Source of the DNA: Actinomycetota bacterium
Lineage (GTDB): Bacteria > Actinomycetota > Thermoleophilia > Gaiellales > F1-60-MAGs149
NCBI GenBank assembly: GCA_009885805.1
Contig: VFJZ01000005.1
Coordinates: 74,999-138,998, forward strand
Direction: 5' to 3'
DNA: 64,000 nucleotides
Shown: one piece after another, positions 24,633 through 32,745 of the stretch
How positions within the stretch are numbered: position 1 is the first letter of the stretch
Layout: each line of letters opens with the position of its first letter
Program-made: the position numbers and the translations under genes
Notes under the pieces: model-generated
What the model was told of the DNA's origin: nothing
Database searches by the model: none
The model's input: only the letters and a program-made list of their open reading frames with translations

Positions 24633-26411
24633 ATGGCATCATCCCGCCCGATGGACGTCCTGCGCCTCGAGATGCTCTGGAACCGGCTGCTGTCCGTCGT
24701 CGACGAGCAGCAGGTGACGCTGATGCGAACGGCGTTCTCGACGGTCGTGCGCGAGTCGCAGGACCTCGCCTGCGGCGTCTTCGACCGGCGCGGGAACATG
24801 ATGGCCCAGTCGATGACCGGCACGCCCGGCCACATCAACACGATGGCGACCGGCATGCGCCACTTCCTCGCGGCGCACCCGCCGGACACGCTCGACGAGG
24901 GCGACGTCCTGATCACCAACGACCCCTGGCAGACCGCCGGACAGATCAACGACATGACGGTCGTCACACCGGTCTTCCACCGCGGCCGCGTGGTCGCCTT
25001 CTTCGCCTCGTGCTGCCACTCGCCGGACGTCGGCGGGCGCGTCTACGGCGGCGCCGCGAACGAGATCTACGAGGAGGGCATCCGGATCCCGATCATGCAC
25101 CTCGTTCGGCGCGGCGAGCCGAACGCGACGCTGGTCGCGATGATCCGCGCGAACGTCCGCGTGCCGGCGGAGACGATCGGCGACCTGTGGGCGCAGATGG
25201 CCTGCAACGACGTCGGCGGGCGCGACCTCGTGCGCTTCCTGGAGGAGTTCGACCTCACCGACTGCGAGGAGCTGTCCGACGAGATCCTGCGCCGCACCGA
25301 GGCTGCGCTGCGCGCCGCGATCCGGGCGTTGCCCGACGGCACGTACCGCAACGAGGCCTGGTCGGACGGGTTCGGCGGCGAGCCGGTGCACATCGTCGTC
25401 GCCGTCACGATCGACGGCGACGCCGTGCAGATCGACTACGCCGGCTCGTCGCCGCAGAGCCCGTCCGGCATCAATGTCGTCCTCAACTACACGCAGGCGT
25501 ACTCGTCGTTCGCGATCAAGGCGGCTCTGAACCCGGAGGTGCCCCACAACGAGGGCGCGTTCCGGCCGGTGACGACGACGGCGCCAGCGGGGTCGATCCT
25601 CAACTGCCTCGAACCGGCCGCGGTCGCCGCCCGGCACCTCGTCGGGCACCTGTTGCCATGCACCATCTTCGGTGCGCTCGCGAAGGCGATGCCGGGGCGG
25701 CTGATGGCCGGTGGCGCCGAGGCGAGCTGGCTGACCGTGTGGCGCGGCACCTGGCCCGGCCGCGACGACCTGTTCACGTTCACGCTCTTCCAGTCGGGCG
25801 GTGCCGGCGCCCGGGCAGCGAAGGACGGCCTGCAGACGAACGGCTTCCCGAGCGGTGTCGCCGGCGTCCCGGCCGAGGTGTACGAGACGCGGACGCCGCT
25901 CGTGATGCACCGCAAGGAACTGCTGATGGATTCGGGCGGGGCGGGGCGCTGGCGCGGCGGCCTCGCGATGCAGACCGAGTCGAGCTACCGCGGCGATGGA
26001 CACTGGGGCGTGTCGACCCTGGTCGAACGGACGCGGTTCGCCGGCCAGGGGATCGACGGCGGCCGGCCGGGCGCGCTCGGGGAGTACGTGCTCGGCGACG
26101 GTGAGCATCCGCCCGCCAAGACGATGGTTCGGTTGGCTAATGACGCGCACGTGCATCTGCGACTACCCGGCGGCGCCGGCTACGGCGACCCGCAGCTTCG
26201 CCCGCCAGCCGACGTCCTGCGCGACGTCGTGCACGGCTACGTGTCGCTCGACGCTGCTGCCGCCGAGTACGGTGTCGTGATCAGGTACGGCGGCGGCGAT
26301 CGCCTCGTTCGGCTACCGCACCACTACGCCGTCGACGAGACGGCGACCGCCCTGTTGCGGAACGAGACTCACGGGACCCGCACATCGACGCCCGTCGCCG
26401 ACGCGACGTAG
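24633..26411 (+). CDS. hyuB: Hydantoinase B / oxoprolinase family (HyuB, N-methylhydantoinase B-like)
   Basis: 'MASSRPMDVLRLEMLWNRLLSVVDEQQVTLMRTAFSTVVRESQDLACGVFD...ITNDPWQTAGQINDMTVVTPVF...GGAGYGDP'. The start is the ATG at 24633 or at 24651. Confidence 0.9.
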   Translation: MASSRPMDVLRLEMLWNRLLSVVDEQQVTLMRTAFSTVVRESQDLACGVFDRRGNMMAQSMTGTPGHINTMATGMRHFLAAHPPDTLDEGDVLITNDPWQTAGQINDMTVVTPVFHRGRVVAFFASCCHSPDVGGRVYGGAANEIYEEGIRIPIMHLVRRGEPNATLVAMIRANVRVPAETIGDLWAQMACNDVGGRDLVRFLEEFDLTDCEELSDEILRRTEAALRAAIRALPDGTYRNEAWSDGFGGEPVHIVVAVTIDGDAVQIDYAGSSPQSPSGINVVLNYTQAYSSFAIKAALNPEVPHNEGAFRPVTTTAPAGSILNCLEPAAVAARHLVGHLLPCTIFGALAKAMPGRLMAGGAEASWLTVWRGTWPGRDDLFTFTLFQSGGAGARAAKDGLQTNGFPSGVAGVPAEVYETRTPLVMHRKELLMDSGGAGRWRGGLAMQTESSYRGDGHWGVSTLVERTRFAGQGIDGGRPGALGEYVLGDGEHPPAKTMVRLANDAHVHLRLPGGAGYGDPQLRPPADVLRDVVHGYVSLDAAAAEYGVVIRYGGGDRLVRLPHHYAVDETATALLRNETHGTRTSTPVADAT

Positions 26412-27040
26412 GCGACGGCGGCCATGCCGACGAACAGGCCGTGACCGGCGACGCCCGGGATCGCCGAGATCGCGGTCGCCAGGGCGTCGGGATCCTCGAT
26501 CGGGTCGAAGCGGCAGTCGAGGATGACGTTCCCCTCATCCGTCGTGAACCCGTCCCGCCGGGTCGAGTCACCGCCCAACGCTGCGAGCAGGCGAGCGCAG
26601 ACCGGTTCGGCGAAGCGGATCACCTCGACGGGTAGCGGCGCTCGCTCTCCGAGCCGGCCAACGCACTTCGACTCATCGACGACGACGACGAACCGGTCCG
26701 CCGCGACCGCCACAACCTTCTCCCGCAGCAGCGCGCCACCGAGTCCCTTCGTCAGGGCGAGGCCCGGCCCGATCTCGTCCGCGCCGTCGAGGCAGACGGC
26801 GAGGCGCGGGCGCTCGGCGAGGGTCGCGAGCGGGATGCCGTGCGTGCGCGCGAGCACCGCCGTCGCCTCGGAGGTCGGGACGCCGACGACATCGCGGAGC
26901 CGGCCGTCGCGCAGGCGCTCGCCGATCGCGATCACGACGAACGCCGCCGTCGACCCCGAACCGAGGCCCACCGTCATGCCGCTCCGCACCTCGGCAGCCA
27001 CGGCCGCCTCGGCGGCACTGCGCTTCGCCGCTCCACTCAT
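26369..27040 (-). CDS. rpiA: Ribose-5-phosphate isomerase A
   Basis: 223 aa from the ATG at 27040: 'GMTVGLGSGSTAAFVV...DGADEI...LTKGLGGALLREKVVA...'. It is convergent with hyuB and overlaps its 3' end by 43 nt. Confidence 0.85.
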   Translation of the reverse strand: MSGAAKRSAAEAAVAAEVRSGMTVGLGSGSTAAFVVIAIGERLRDGRLRDVVGVPTSEATAVLARTHGIPLATLAERPRLAVCLDGADEIGPGLALTKGLGGALLREKVVAVAADRFVVVVDESKCVGRLGERAPLPVEVIRFAEPVCARLLAALGGDSTRRDGFTTDEGNVILDCRFDPIEDPDALATAISAIPGVAGHGLFVGMAAVAYVASATGVDVRVP

Positions 27041-28068
27041 GGCCGGTAGCCGGCTGCGAAGTGACGCGCCGTTCGCGGCGTCGGACCGGCGCCGATGCGC
27101 GCGAAGCGGAGCGCCGCCTCCTCCGCCCCGGCCGGAACCTGGCCGAACCGAGCACGAACGAGGTCGAGGACGATCTCGAGGTACCACTGCTCGCCGCGCA
27201 CGTCGAAGCGGACGCGACGGCCGAACCGGTTCGCCAGCGCCACCTTCTCACCGCGCGCCTCCTCCGGATCGATCTCGTCGGCCCGCTCGGTGTGGGTCTG
27301 GTGCGTCATGTTGAGACGGTTCGAGGTGGCCCACACCAGCACGTTGCGCGGCCGACCGACGACGCCGCCTTCGAGCGCCGCCCGCAGCGCCCGATCGGCC
27401 CGACCGGCGTCGTCGAAGACGAGGTCGTCGAGATACAGCAGACACCAGGGCGCATCGCCGTCGACGGCCGTGAACACGGCGTCGAGATGTTCCAGTTCGT
27501 CGTGCGCGACCTGGATCAGGCGCAGGCCACGGTCGGCGTACGCCGACGCGCACGCCCGCACGGTCGCGGACTTCCCCGTTCCCGGCGGCCCGTACAGCAG
27601 GGCATCATTCGCCGGCTCGCCACGCGTGAAGGCATCGAGATCGGCGAGCAGGTCGGCGCGCAACTCTGGCCGGCCGACGAGATCGTCGAGCGTGATCGGA
27701 TCGGGCTTCTCGACGCCGTGCAGGCCCCGCGCGTCCGCGACCAGCACGCGGTGGACGGCGAGCGGCCCGAGCCCCTCCCGCCGGTACCAGTCCGCGAGCG
27801 CAACCGCGTCGACAGCAAGGCCGGGGACGGCGGCGGCGAGCCGGCCGAGCTCGGCGTCGGCCCGGTCGAGGCGCCCGCGATCGGCGAGGCCGGCCCGTGC
27901 GGCTCGTGCGAACGGTCCGGACGACGCCCGCAGCCGCTGCGACACGGCGCCCGCCAGGTCTCCAGGCGCCGCGAACAGCTCCCGCTCGACGCCGACCGCG
28001 TCGCCGGCGAGGACTGCGGCGACCAGCGGCTCGTCGGCGAGATCGGCGAACGCGACGAGCTCGATCAC
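27037..28068 (-). CDS. DUF815 family AAA-type ATP-binding protein
   Basis: The GTG at 28068 overlaps the agmatinase stop (GTGA). Sequence: 'LDDLVGRPELRADLLADLDAFTRGEPANDALLYGPPGTGKSATVRA...LLYLDDLVFD'. The stop overlaps the rpiA ATG (ATGA). Confidence 0.8.
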   Translation of the reverse strand: MIELVAFADLADEPLVAAVLAGDAVGVERELFAAPGDLAGAVSQRLRASSGPFARAARAGLADRGRLDRADAELGRLAAAVPGLAVDAVALADWYRREGLGPLAVHRVLVADARGLHGVEKPDPITLDDLVGRPELRADLLADLDAFTRGEPANDALLYGPPGTGKSATVRACASAYADRGLRLIQVAHDELEHLDAVFTAVDGDAPWCLLYLDDLVFDDAGRADRALRAALEGGVVGRPRNVLVWATSNRLNMTHQTHTERADEIDPEEARGEKVALANRFGRRVRFDVRGEQWYLEIVLDLVRARFGQVPAGAEEAALRFARIGAGPTPRTARHFAAGYRP

Positions 28069-29048
28069 GATCGCTCGGGCCGCGCCGGACGACCGCTGCG
28101 CCGCAGCGCCAGGCCGGACAGCGTCTCGTAGACGACGCGGTGGCCGGCCATCGCCGTGATGTTGGCGTGGTCGTACGGTGGCGAGACCTCGACCAGATCC
28201 ATCGCGCAAAGGTCGACCTCCGAGGCGATCGCGCGCGCCGCAAAGAGCAGCTCGCGCGTCATCAGACCGCCGGGCTCGGCCGTCCCCGTCCCGGGCGCGA
28301 ACGCCGGGTCGAGGACGTCGATGTCGATCGTCAGATAGGTGCGCGGTGCCCGCGCCCGGGCGAACTCGATCGCCTCGCGCACGACGGCGCCGATGCCAAG
28401 TTCGACGACCTCGCTCATCGTCCGCCAGCGGAAGCCCTGCTCACGCATCCAGTCGAACTCGTGCGGATAGGGCCAGTTCCCGCGCAGGCCGATCTGCATG
28501 ATGTTCGAGCCGAGCAGGAATCCCTCCTTGACGCCGGTCGAGAAGGGAATCGCGTGCGGCGTCGTGTCGTCGAGACCGGTGTCGGCGTGCGTATCGAAAT
28601 GGATGACGGAGTAGCCGTCAGCGCCATGACGGTCGGCGATCGCCTGCATCACGGGGGTCGACAGCGAGTGGTCGCCGCCGAGGACGATTGCGACGGCGTC
28701 GGCAGCCAGCACCTCGGACACCCGTGCGCGGAGCGCCGCGTGCGACTGCTGAAGGAACGCCGGCGCGACGTCGACGTCGCCGGCGTCGACCACGCGCAGC
28801 GCCGTGAACGGGTCGATGCCGAGCTCCATGTTCGGCCGGCCGGCGGGCGCCCCGACGTCCTCGGCCTGGCGGATCGCGCGCGGGCCGAAGCGCGTGCCCG
28901 GGCGGAAGGACACGCCCTCGTCGAACGGCGCTCCGACGATGACGACGTCGGCGTCGGCGAACTCGGCCGGATCGATCGCGAACGGCACGCGGCCGTACGT
29001 CAGGCCAACGCCTGCGTACCCTGCCTCGTAGGGGCGGTTCGGCTGCAT
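28065..29048 (-). CDS. Agmatinase / guanidino-acid hydrolase (ureohydrolase family)
   Basis: 327 aa with the Mn-binding motifs 'GGDHSLS', 'HFDTHADT' and 'DIDVLDPAFAPGTGTAEPGG'. Confidence 0.9.
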   Translation of the reverse strand: MQPNRPYEAGYAGVGLTYGRVPFAIDPAEFADADVVIVGAPFDEGVSFRPGTRFGPRAIRQAEDVGAPAGRPNMELGIDPFTALRVVDAGDVDVAPAFLQQSHAALRARVSEVLAADAVAIVLGGDHSLSTPVMQAIADRHGADGYSVIHFDTHADTGLDDTTPHAIPFSTGVKEGFLLGSNIMQIGLRGNWPYPHEFDWMREQGFRWRTMSEVVELGIGAVVREAIEFARARAPRTYLTIDIDVLDPAFAPGTGTAEPGGLMTRELLFAARAIASEVDLCAMDLVEVSPPYDHANITAMAGHRVVYETLSGLALRRSGRPARPERS

Positions 29049-29058
29049 GGCGCGGATG

Positions 29059-29520
29059 CTACAGGCGCCGTACGTACAGGGTGGCCGGGTTGTCCGGTCC
29101 CCAGATCGCCAGCTCCTGCAGCGGCTCGAACCCGCAGGCGACGTAGAAGGCGCGCGTCGCGTCGTAGGGGGCGTAGTCCGCCGTGACCGACAGGGTCTTC
29201 ACCGTCAGCCACCGCTCGGCCGGGCTCGACGCGACCAGGGCCTCGATCAGCGCCCTCCCGACGCCCCGTCCGCGCTCTTCGGCCGCCACCGCCAGCCAGG
29301 TGATCTCGACCGACCCGGGATGGTGCCGCTTCCACGTGAGGAACCCGATCACGACGCCCTCATCGACGTAGATCAGGCCGCACTGGGCGCGGACGGCCTC
29401 GGCGCACTCGCGGATGCCCTCGTCGTTGGCGAACCAGAGCGGCAGCGTCAGCACGATCGCATCGCACCGACCCGCATCGTCCGGGGCCAGCGGCCGGATC
29501 ACTCCTCCGAGATCTGCCAA
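29059..29520 (-). CDS. GNAT family acetyltransferase
   Basis: 153 aa: 'LAVAAEERGRGVGRALIEALV...RAFYVACGFEP' (acetyl-CoA-binding motif A). Confidence 0.8.
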   Translation of the reverse strand: MADLGGVIRPLAPDDAGRCDAIVLTLPLWFANDEGIRECAEAVRAQCGLIYVDEGVVIGFLTWKRHHPGSVEITWLAVAAEERGRGVGRALIEALVASSPAERWLTVKTLSVTADYAPYDATRAFYVACGFEPLQELAIWGPDNPATLYVRRL

Positions 29521-29942
29521 TCCACCAGCACCGGAGCGGTCGAGGTGGCAGAGATGAAGCAGTCACGCTCCGCCTTCGGCGTCAGGGCGTTCGCGGCCTC
29601 TGCCTGACCGCCCGCAACCAGCACCCGTGGGGTCAGTCGCAGCTCGACGAAGGCGTAACGGCCATCGCGCTCCCGGCGCGTGATCGTGCCCGACACGTCG
29701 GCCTCGTAGGAGCGCACGTCGATCTCCGCCTTCGTCGCATGGGCGAGGAATGACAGCAAGGTGCACGAGGACAGCGACGCCAGGAACAGGTGCTCGGGGC
29801 TCCACTGGCTCGCGTCGCCGCCCGGGAAGCCCGCCGGTGGCGCCATCGCCAGTACCGGTCGCTCGCCGGCCGTCGCGATCGCCGCGCGGCCGCCGGCCCA
29901 CGTCAGGCCGACGTCGTACCCGAACGTCTTCGCCACCCGCAT
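29499..29942 (-). CDS. osmC: OsmC/Ohr family peroxiredoxin-like protein
   Basis: 147 aa from the ATG at 29942: 'WSPEHLFLASLSSCTLLSFLAHA...KAERDCFISATS' (the two conserved Cys). It is the real C-terminal part of track ORF 29499..31079. Confidence 0.85.
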   Translation of the reverse strand: MRVAKTFGYDVGLTWAGGRAAIATAGERPVLAMAPPAGFPGGDASQWSPEHLFLASLSSCTLLSFLAHATKAEIDVRSYEADVSGTITRRERDGRYAFVELRLTPRVLVAGGQAEAANALTPKAERDCFISATSTAPVLVDWQISEE

Positions 29943-29994
29943 CGTGATGATCGTAGCGGCAGGGGACGGGCCGCCACCGGAGAACCAGGTTGGC

Positions 29995-30834
29995 ATGGTG
30001 ATGGTTCTCCGTTTCGCCCTGGCCGCGGTGCTCGTCTTCGCGGCGCTCGGCAAGCTGCGCGATCGCCGCGTCGTCGCGGCGCGGCTCGGGCTCGGAGCAA
30101 CCGTCGCCGCCGTCCTCGCCGAGGGAGCCGTCGGTGTCTGGCTAGCGTCCGGCCTGGCTCCCGGGGCCGCCGGCGCCGCGGCCGCCCTTCTCTTCGCGCT
30201 GTTCACGGTCTGGCTCCTGCGGCGCCGCGCGGCCGGAGCGCGACGCCTGCCCTGCGCGTGCTTCGGCGCCGGACCGGAGCGACCGACCTGGCTCCTCGCG
30301 ACGCGGGCGGGAGCGCTCGCCCTCCTCGCAGCCGTCGTCGCCTGGTCGCCGGCGACGCCCGCGCGGGAGACGGCAGTGGCGATCGCGGTCGCCCTCCTGG
30401 TCGTCGCCGTCGCCGCCCTGACGGTGCTCGTCCTCGCGCTGTACCGCCAGGTCGGCCTCCTGACGCTGCGACTCGGCCCGCGGTCGGCGCTCGAGTTGGC
30501 GGAGGAAGGTCCCGAACTCGGCCGCGATGCACCCACGCTCGACGGTCTCGGCCGAGCCGGTAGCGAACTGGTCGCCTTCATCGGCGAGGGCTGCCCCGTC
30601 TGCCACGACCTCGAACCGTCTCTACGCGCGCTCGCGCGCGAGGGCATCGCCCTCCGCCTCGTCGTGGACGTCGACGAGCCCGACGTCATCGAGCGCTGGG
30701 AGGTTCCGGGCACGCCGTTCGTGGTCGTCGTGGAAGACGGCATCGTCGCCGCGAAAGGCACCGTGAACACGCTGGAGGAGATCGAGGGCCTCATCGACCG
30801 CGCGCGTGCGCGAGTGGCGTATGCGGCGGCCTGA
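29995..30834 (+). CDS. MauE/DoxX-like membrane domain fused to a thioredoxin-like (MauD-like, CPVC) domain
   Basis: The ATG at 29995 gives 279 aa. The N-terminal 4-TM region contains 'RRLPCACFG' (the CxCFG motif I associate with the MauE family). The C-terminal domain is 'LVAFIGEGCPVCHDLEP...WEVPGTPFVVVVEDGIV', a thioredoxin fold with CxxC. Confidence 0.8.
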   Translation: MVMVLRFALAAVLVFAALGKLRDRRVVAARLGLGATVAAVLAEGAVGVWLASGLAPGAAGAAAALLFALFTVWLLRRRAAGARRLPCACFGAGPERPTWLLATRAGALALLAAVVAWSPATPARETAVAIAVALLVVAVAALTVLVLALYRQVGLLTLRLGPRSALELAEEGPELGRDAPTLDGLGRAGSELVAFIGEGCPVCHDLEPSLRALAREGIALRLVVDVDEPDVIERWEVPGTPFVVVVEDGIVAAKGTVNTLEEIEGLIDRARARVAYAAA

Positions 30835-31402
30835 TCCGGACTCGCTCGCGATGCGTCTCGCCGCGGGGCGGACGCGACGGTCCTTCCTGGCCCGGGTCGG
30901 CGCGGCGACGTTCGCGGTCGTCGGCGGCCGCCTGGTTGCGGCCGCGGTGGCGCCGGAGGAGGCGCAGTCGTTTCACTTCTGCGGCCACATCTGGACGACC
31001 GGGTCCTGTCCGCATCCCGGGAAGCTGCCGCGCGTCGATCGACGCGGCCGGCCGGTGCGGACGAGTGATGGCCGGCCACTGGACAACCTCGGACGCCTGG
31101 TCAACGGCGAGGGCTACCCCGTCGACGAGGCCGGCGTCCGCCTGCTCGGCCCCGACGGCCAGCCGTTGCCGCGGGCGCCGCGCACGCGCCTGTGCGACGA
31201 CTGGGTGACGGAGCAGTACGGATTCGACGCGCGCCTCCAGGGGTCGTGGTTCCGCTGCTGCGGCAACCAGATCCGCAAGCTCCTCGACTGCTGCGCGACG
31301 AGCGACCGCCGCATCAACGGCGACCGCGCGCTCACCGGCTACTGCTGGGGCAATCGGAAGGTGTTCTGCGTGGTCTACCGGGACACGGGCCTGCCATGCT
31401 GA
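30821..31402 (+). CDS. Methylamine dehydrogenase light-chain (MauA)-like, Tat-exported Cys-rich protein
   Basis: The twin-arginine signal is 'GRTRRSFLARVGAATFAVVGG'. The mature part has 10 Cys: 'FCGHIWTTGSCPHPG...LCDDWVTEQ...GSWFRCCGNQIRKLLDCCATS...GYCWGNRKVFCVVYRDTGLPC'. The 'xxCCG' and Trp-containing blocks are colinear with MADH/AADH small subunits as I recall them. In-frame start candidates are 30806, 30821 and 30851. Confidence 0.75.
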   Translation: MRRPDPDSLAMRLAAGRTRRSFLARVGAATFAVVGGRLVAAAVAPEEAQSFHFCGHIWTTGSCPHPGKLPRVDRRGRPVRTSDGRPLDNLGRLVNGEGYPVDEAGVRLLGPDGQPLPRAPRTRLCDDWVTEQYGFDARLQGSWFRCCGNQIRKLLDCCATSDRRINGDRALTGYCWGNRKVFCVVYRDTGLPC

Positions 31403-31473
31403 CCATCGCGCTCCTCTGCACGGCCGGGCTGATCGCGGGCGTGTCGGGCGCCTGGTCACCCTGAGGACTGTCG
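31396..31473 (+). other. In-frame upstream extension of the next CDS: 22 hydrophobic codons, TGA (31462..31464), then 3 codons before the ATG
   Basis: The ATG at 31396 overlaps the MauA-like stop (ATGCTGA). It reads MLTIALLCTAGLIAGVSGAWSP-TGA-GLS-MMETIG... in the same frame as ORF 31474..32745 (78 nt = 26 codons). Confidence 0.8.
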
Positions 31474-32745
31474 ATGATGGAGACCATCGGGCCCGCCGTG
31501 TGCGGGTCGAAGAGCCGCACCGCCCTCGCCCTGACCTGCTTCGCGATCGGTGCCGTCGGCGTCGCCGCCGCCGTCGGGCTGGCGCTGGGCCTGATCGGCT
31601 CGCCGGCCCTGCTCCCACTCGCCATCGGCGTCGCGATCGCCGGTGCGCTGCGCGAGGCGGGGTTCGTACGCCTGCCACTGCCGCAGCTCCGCCGCCAGGT
31701 GCCTGAGCGCTGGCACCACGAACTGCCGCTGCCGATCTGGGCGGCGGGGTACGGAGCCGGCCTCGGCGCGGGGCTGCTGACCTTCCAACCCGTCGCGACC
31801 TTCATCGTCGTCGCAGTCGCCGCGGCGGCGTCCGGCCCGACGGCGGCTGCCCTGGCGCTGGCCGCGTTCGGCGTCGGGCGTGCGCTGGCCGCCGCCCTGC
31901 CGGGCCGGTTCATCGAGCGGATGGCGGGCCTGCTCGTCGGGATGCGCCGCGCGAACGCACTCACCCTCGCCCTGGTCGCGCTGGTGCTCGTGGTCGCGCC
32001 GGCCGGTGCGGCGCCGCTCGATCTCGGCGCCGGCAGTCAACTCGACCCGGCGGTCGGGGACGACGGCGCGCTTGCCTTCTCGCAGCGCAACGACGACGGC
32101 ACGACGGCCGTCGTCATCCACCCGCGGAGCGGAGCGCCGATCGTGATCGCGGGTGCCTCCGAGCCCAGCCTGCGCGACGAGTACCTCGCCGTCCGTGACG
32201 CCGCCGGCATCGTCGTCACGCGCTGGGCGACGGGCGAGATCGTCGGTCGCCTCGACGGCGCCTGGTCGAAGCCCGCGCTCGCGTGGCCGTTCATCGTCGG
32301 CGTGCTCGATCGCGGCTCACGGCGCCGCCTCGTCGTCGTCGACCTGCGCACGCGGAAGGGTCGGCAGATCGATGTCGTCAACCAGGGCGATGATCTCGGC
32401 AGGCCATCGATCGACCGCCATTACGTCGTCTGGCACCAGGCGACGCGGACGGCGTCGCGAATCCGGCTCGCCGACATCCGCACCTTCAGGACCTCGACGA
32501 TCCGCCGCTCGCGCCGGGTCCTCGTCTCGAATCCGTCGCTGCGACGAGGCACCGTCGTCTGGGTGGAGCAGAGTCTCGGCGTCTCGCGGCTCATGCAACG
32601 ACGGTTCAGTGGTGGACGGATCCGCGCGCGCCGTCTGGTGCGGTCGCCGCGGCTGTACTGGACGACGGCGATCGGCCCCGGCGGGGTGTATGTGACCACC
32701 TGGAACACGGCTCTGGGCCGGGCGCAGATCGAGCGGATCCGATGA
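31474..32745 (+). CDS. Membrane protein with a C-terminal extracytoplasmic repeat (beta-propeller-like) domain
   Basis: 423 aa. The N-terminal ~170 aa is polytopic membrane text. The C-terminal ~250 aa carries repeated blade-like units ('PSLRDEYLAV', 'PALAWPFIVGV', 'PSIDRHYVVWHQ', 'PSLRRGTVVWVEQ', 'GGVYVTTW'). The conservative start is the ATG at 31474, with an SD-like GAGGA 6 nt upstream. A possible extension to 31396 runs through the TGA. Confidence 0.8.
   Translation: MMETIGPAVCGSKSRTALALTCFAIGAVGVAAAVGLALGLIGSPALLPLAIGVAIAGALREAGFVRLPLPQLRRQVPERWHHELPLPIWAAGYGAGLGAGLLTFQPVATFIVVAVAAAASGPTAAALALAAFGVGRALAAALPGRFIERMAGLLVGMRRANALTLALVALVLVVAPAGAAPLDLGAGSQLDPAVGDDGALAFSQRNDDGTTAVVIHPRSGAPIVIAGASEPSLRDEYLAVRDAAGIVVTRWATGEIVGRLDGAWSKPALAWPFIVGVLDRGSRRRLVVVDLRTRKGRQIDVVNQGDDLGRPSIDRHYVVWHQATRTASRIRLADIRTFRTSTIRRSRRVLVSNPSLRRGTVVWVEQSLGVSRLMQRRFSGGRIRARRLVRSPRLYWTTAIGPGGVYVTTWNTALGRAQIERIR
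31490..31508 (+). other. GC hairpin downstream of the in-frame TGA (bSECIS-like geometry, unproven)
   Basis: GGCCCGC-CGUGU-GCGGGUC: a 7-bp stem including one G.U pair and a 5-nt loop. The loop starts 33 nt after the TGA. Paired by hand. Confidence 0.4.

Noticed and set aside
20963-26156. Minus-strand ORFs 20963..22945 (660 aa) and 24639..26156 (505 aa)
   Set aside because: They are antisense to hyuA and hyuB, which have unmistakable family signatures. Their composition is typical of shadow ORFs.
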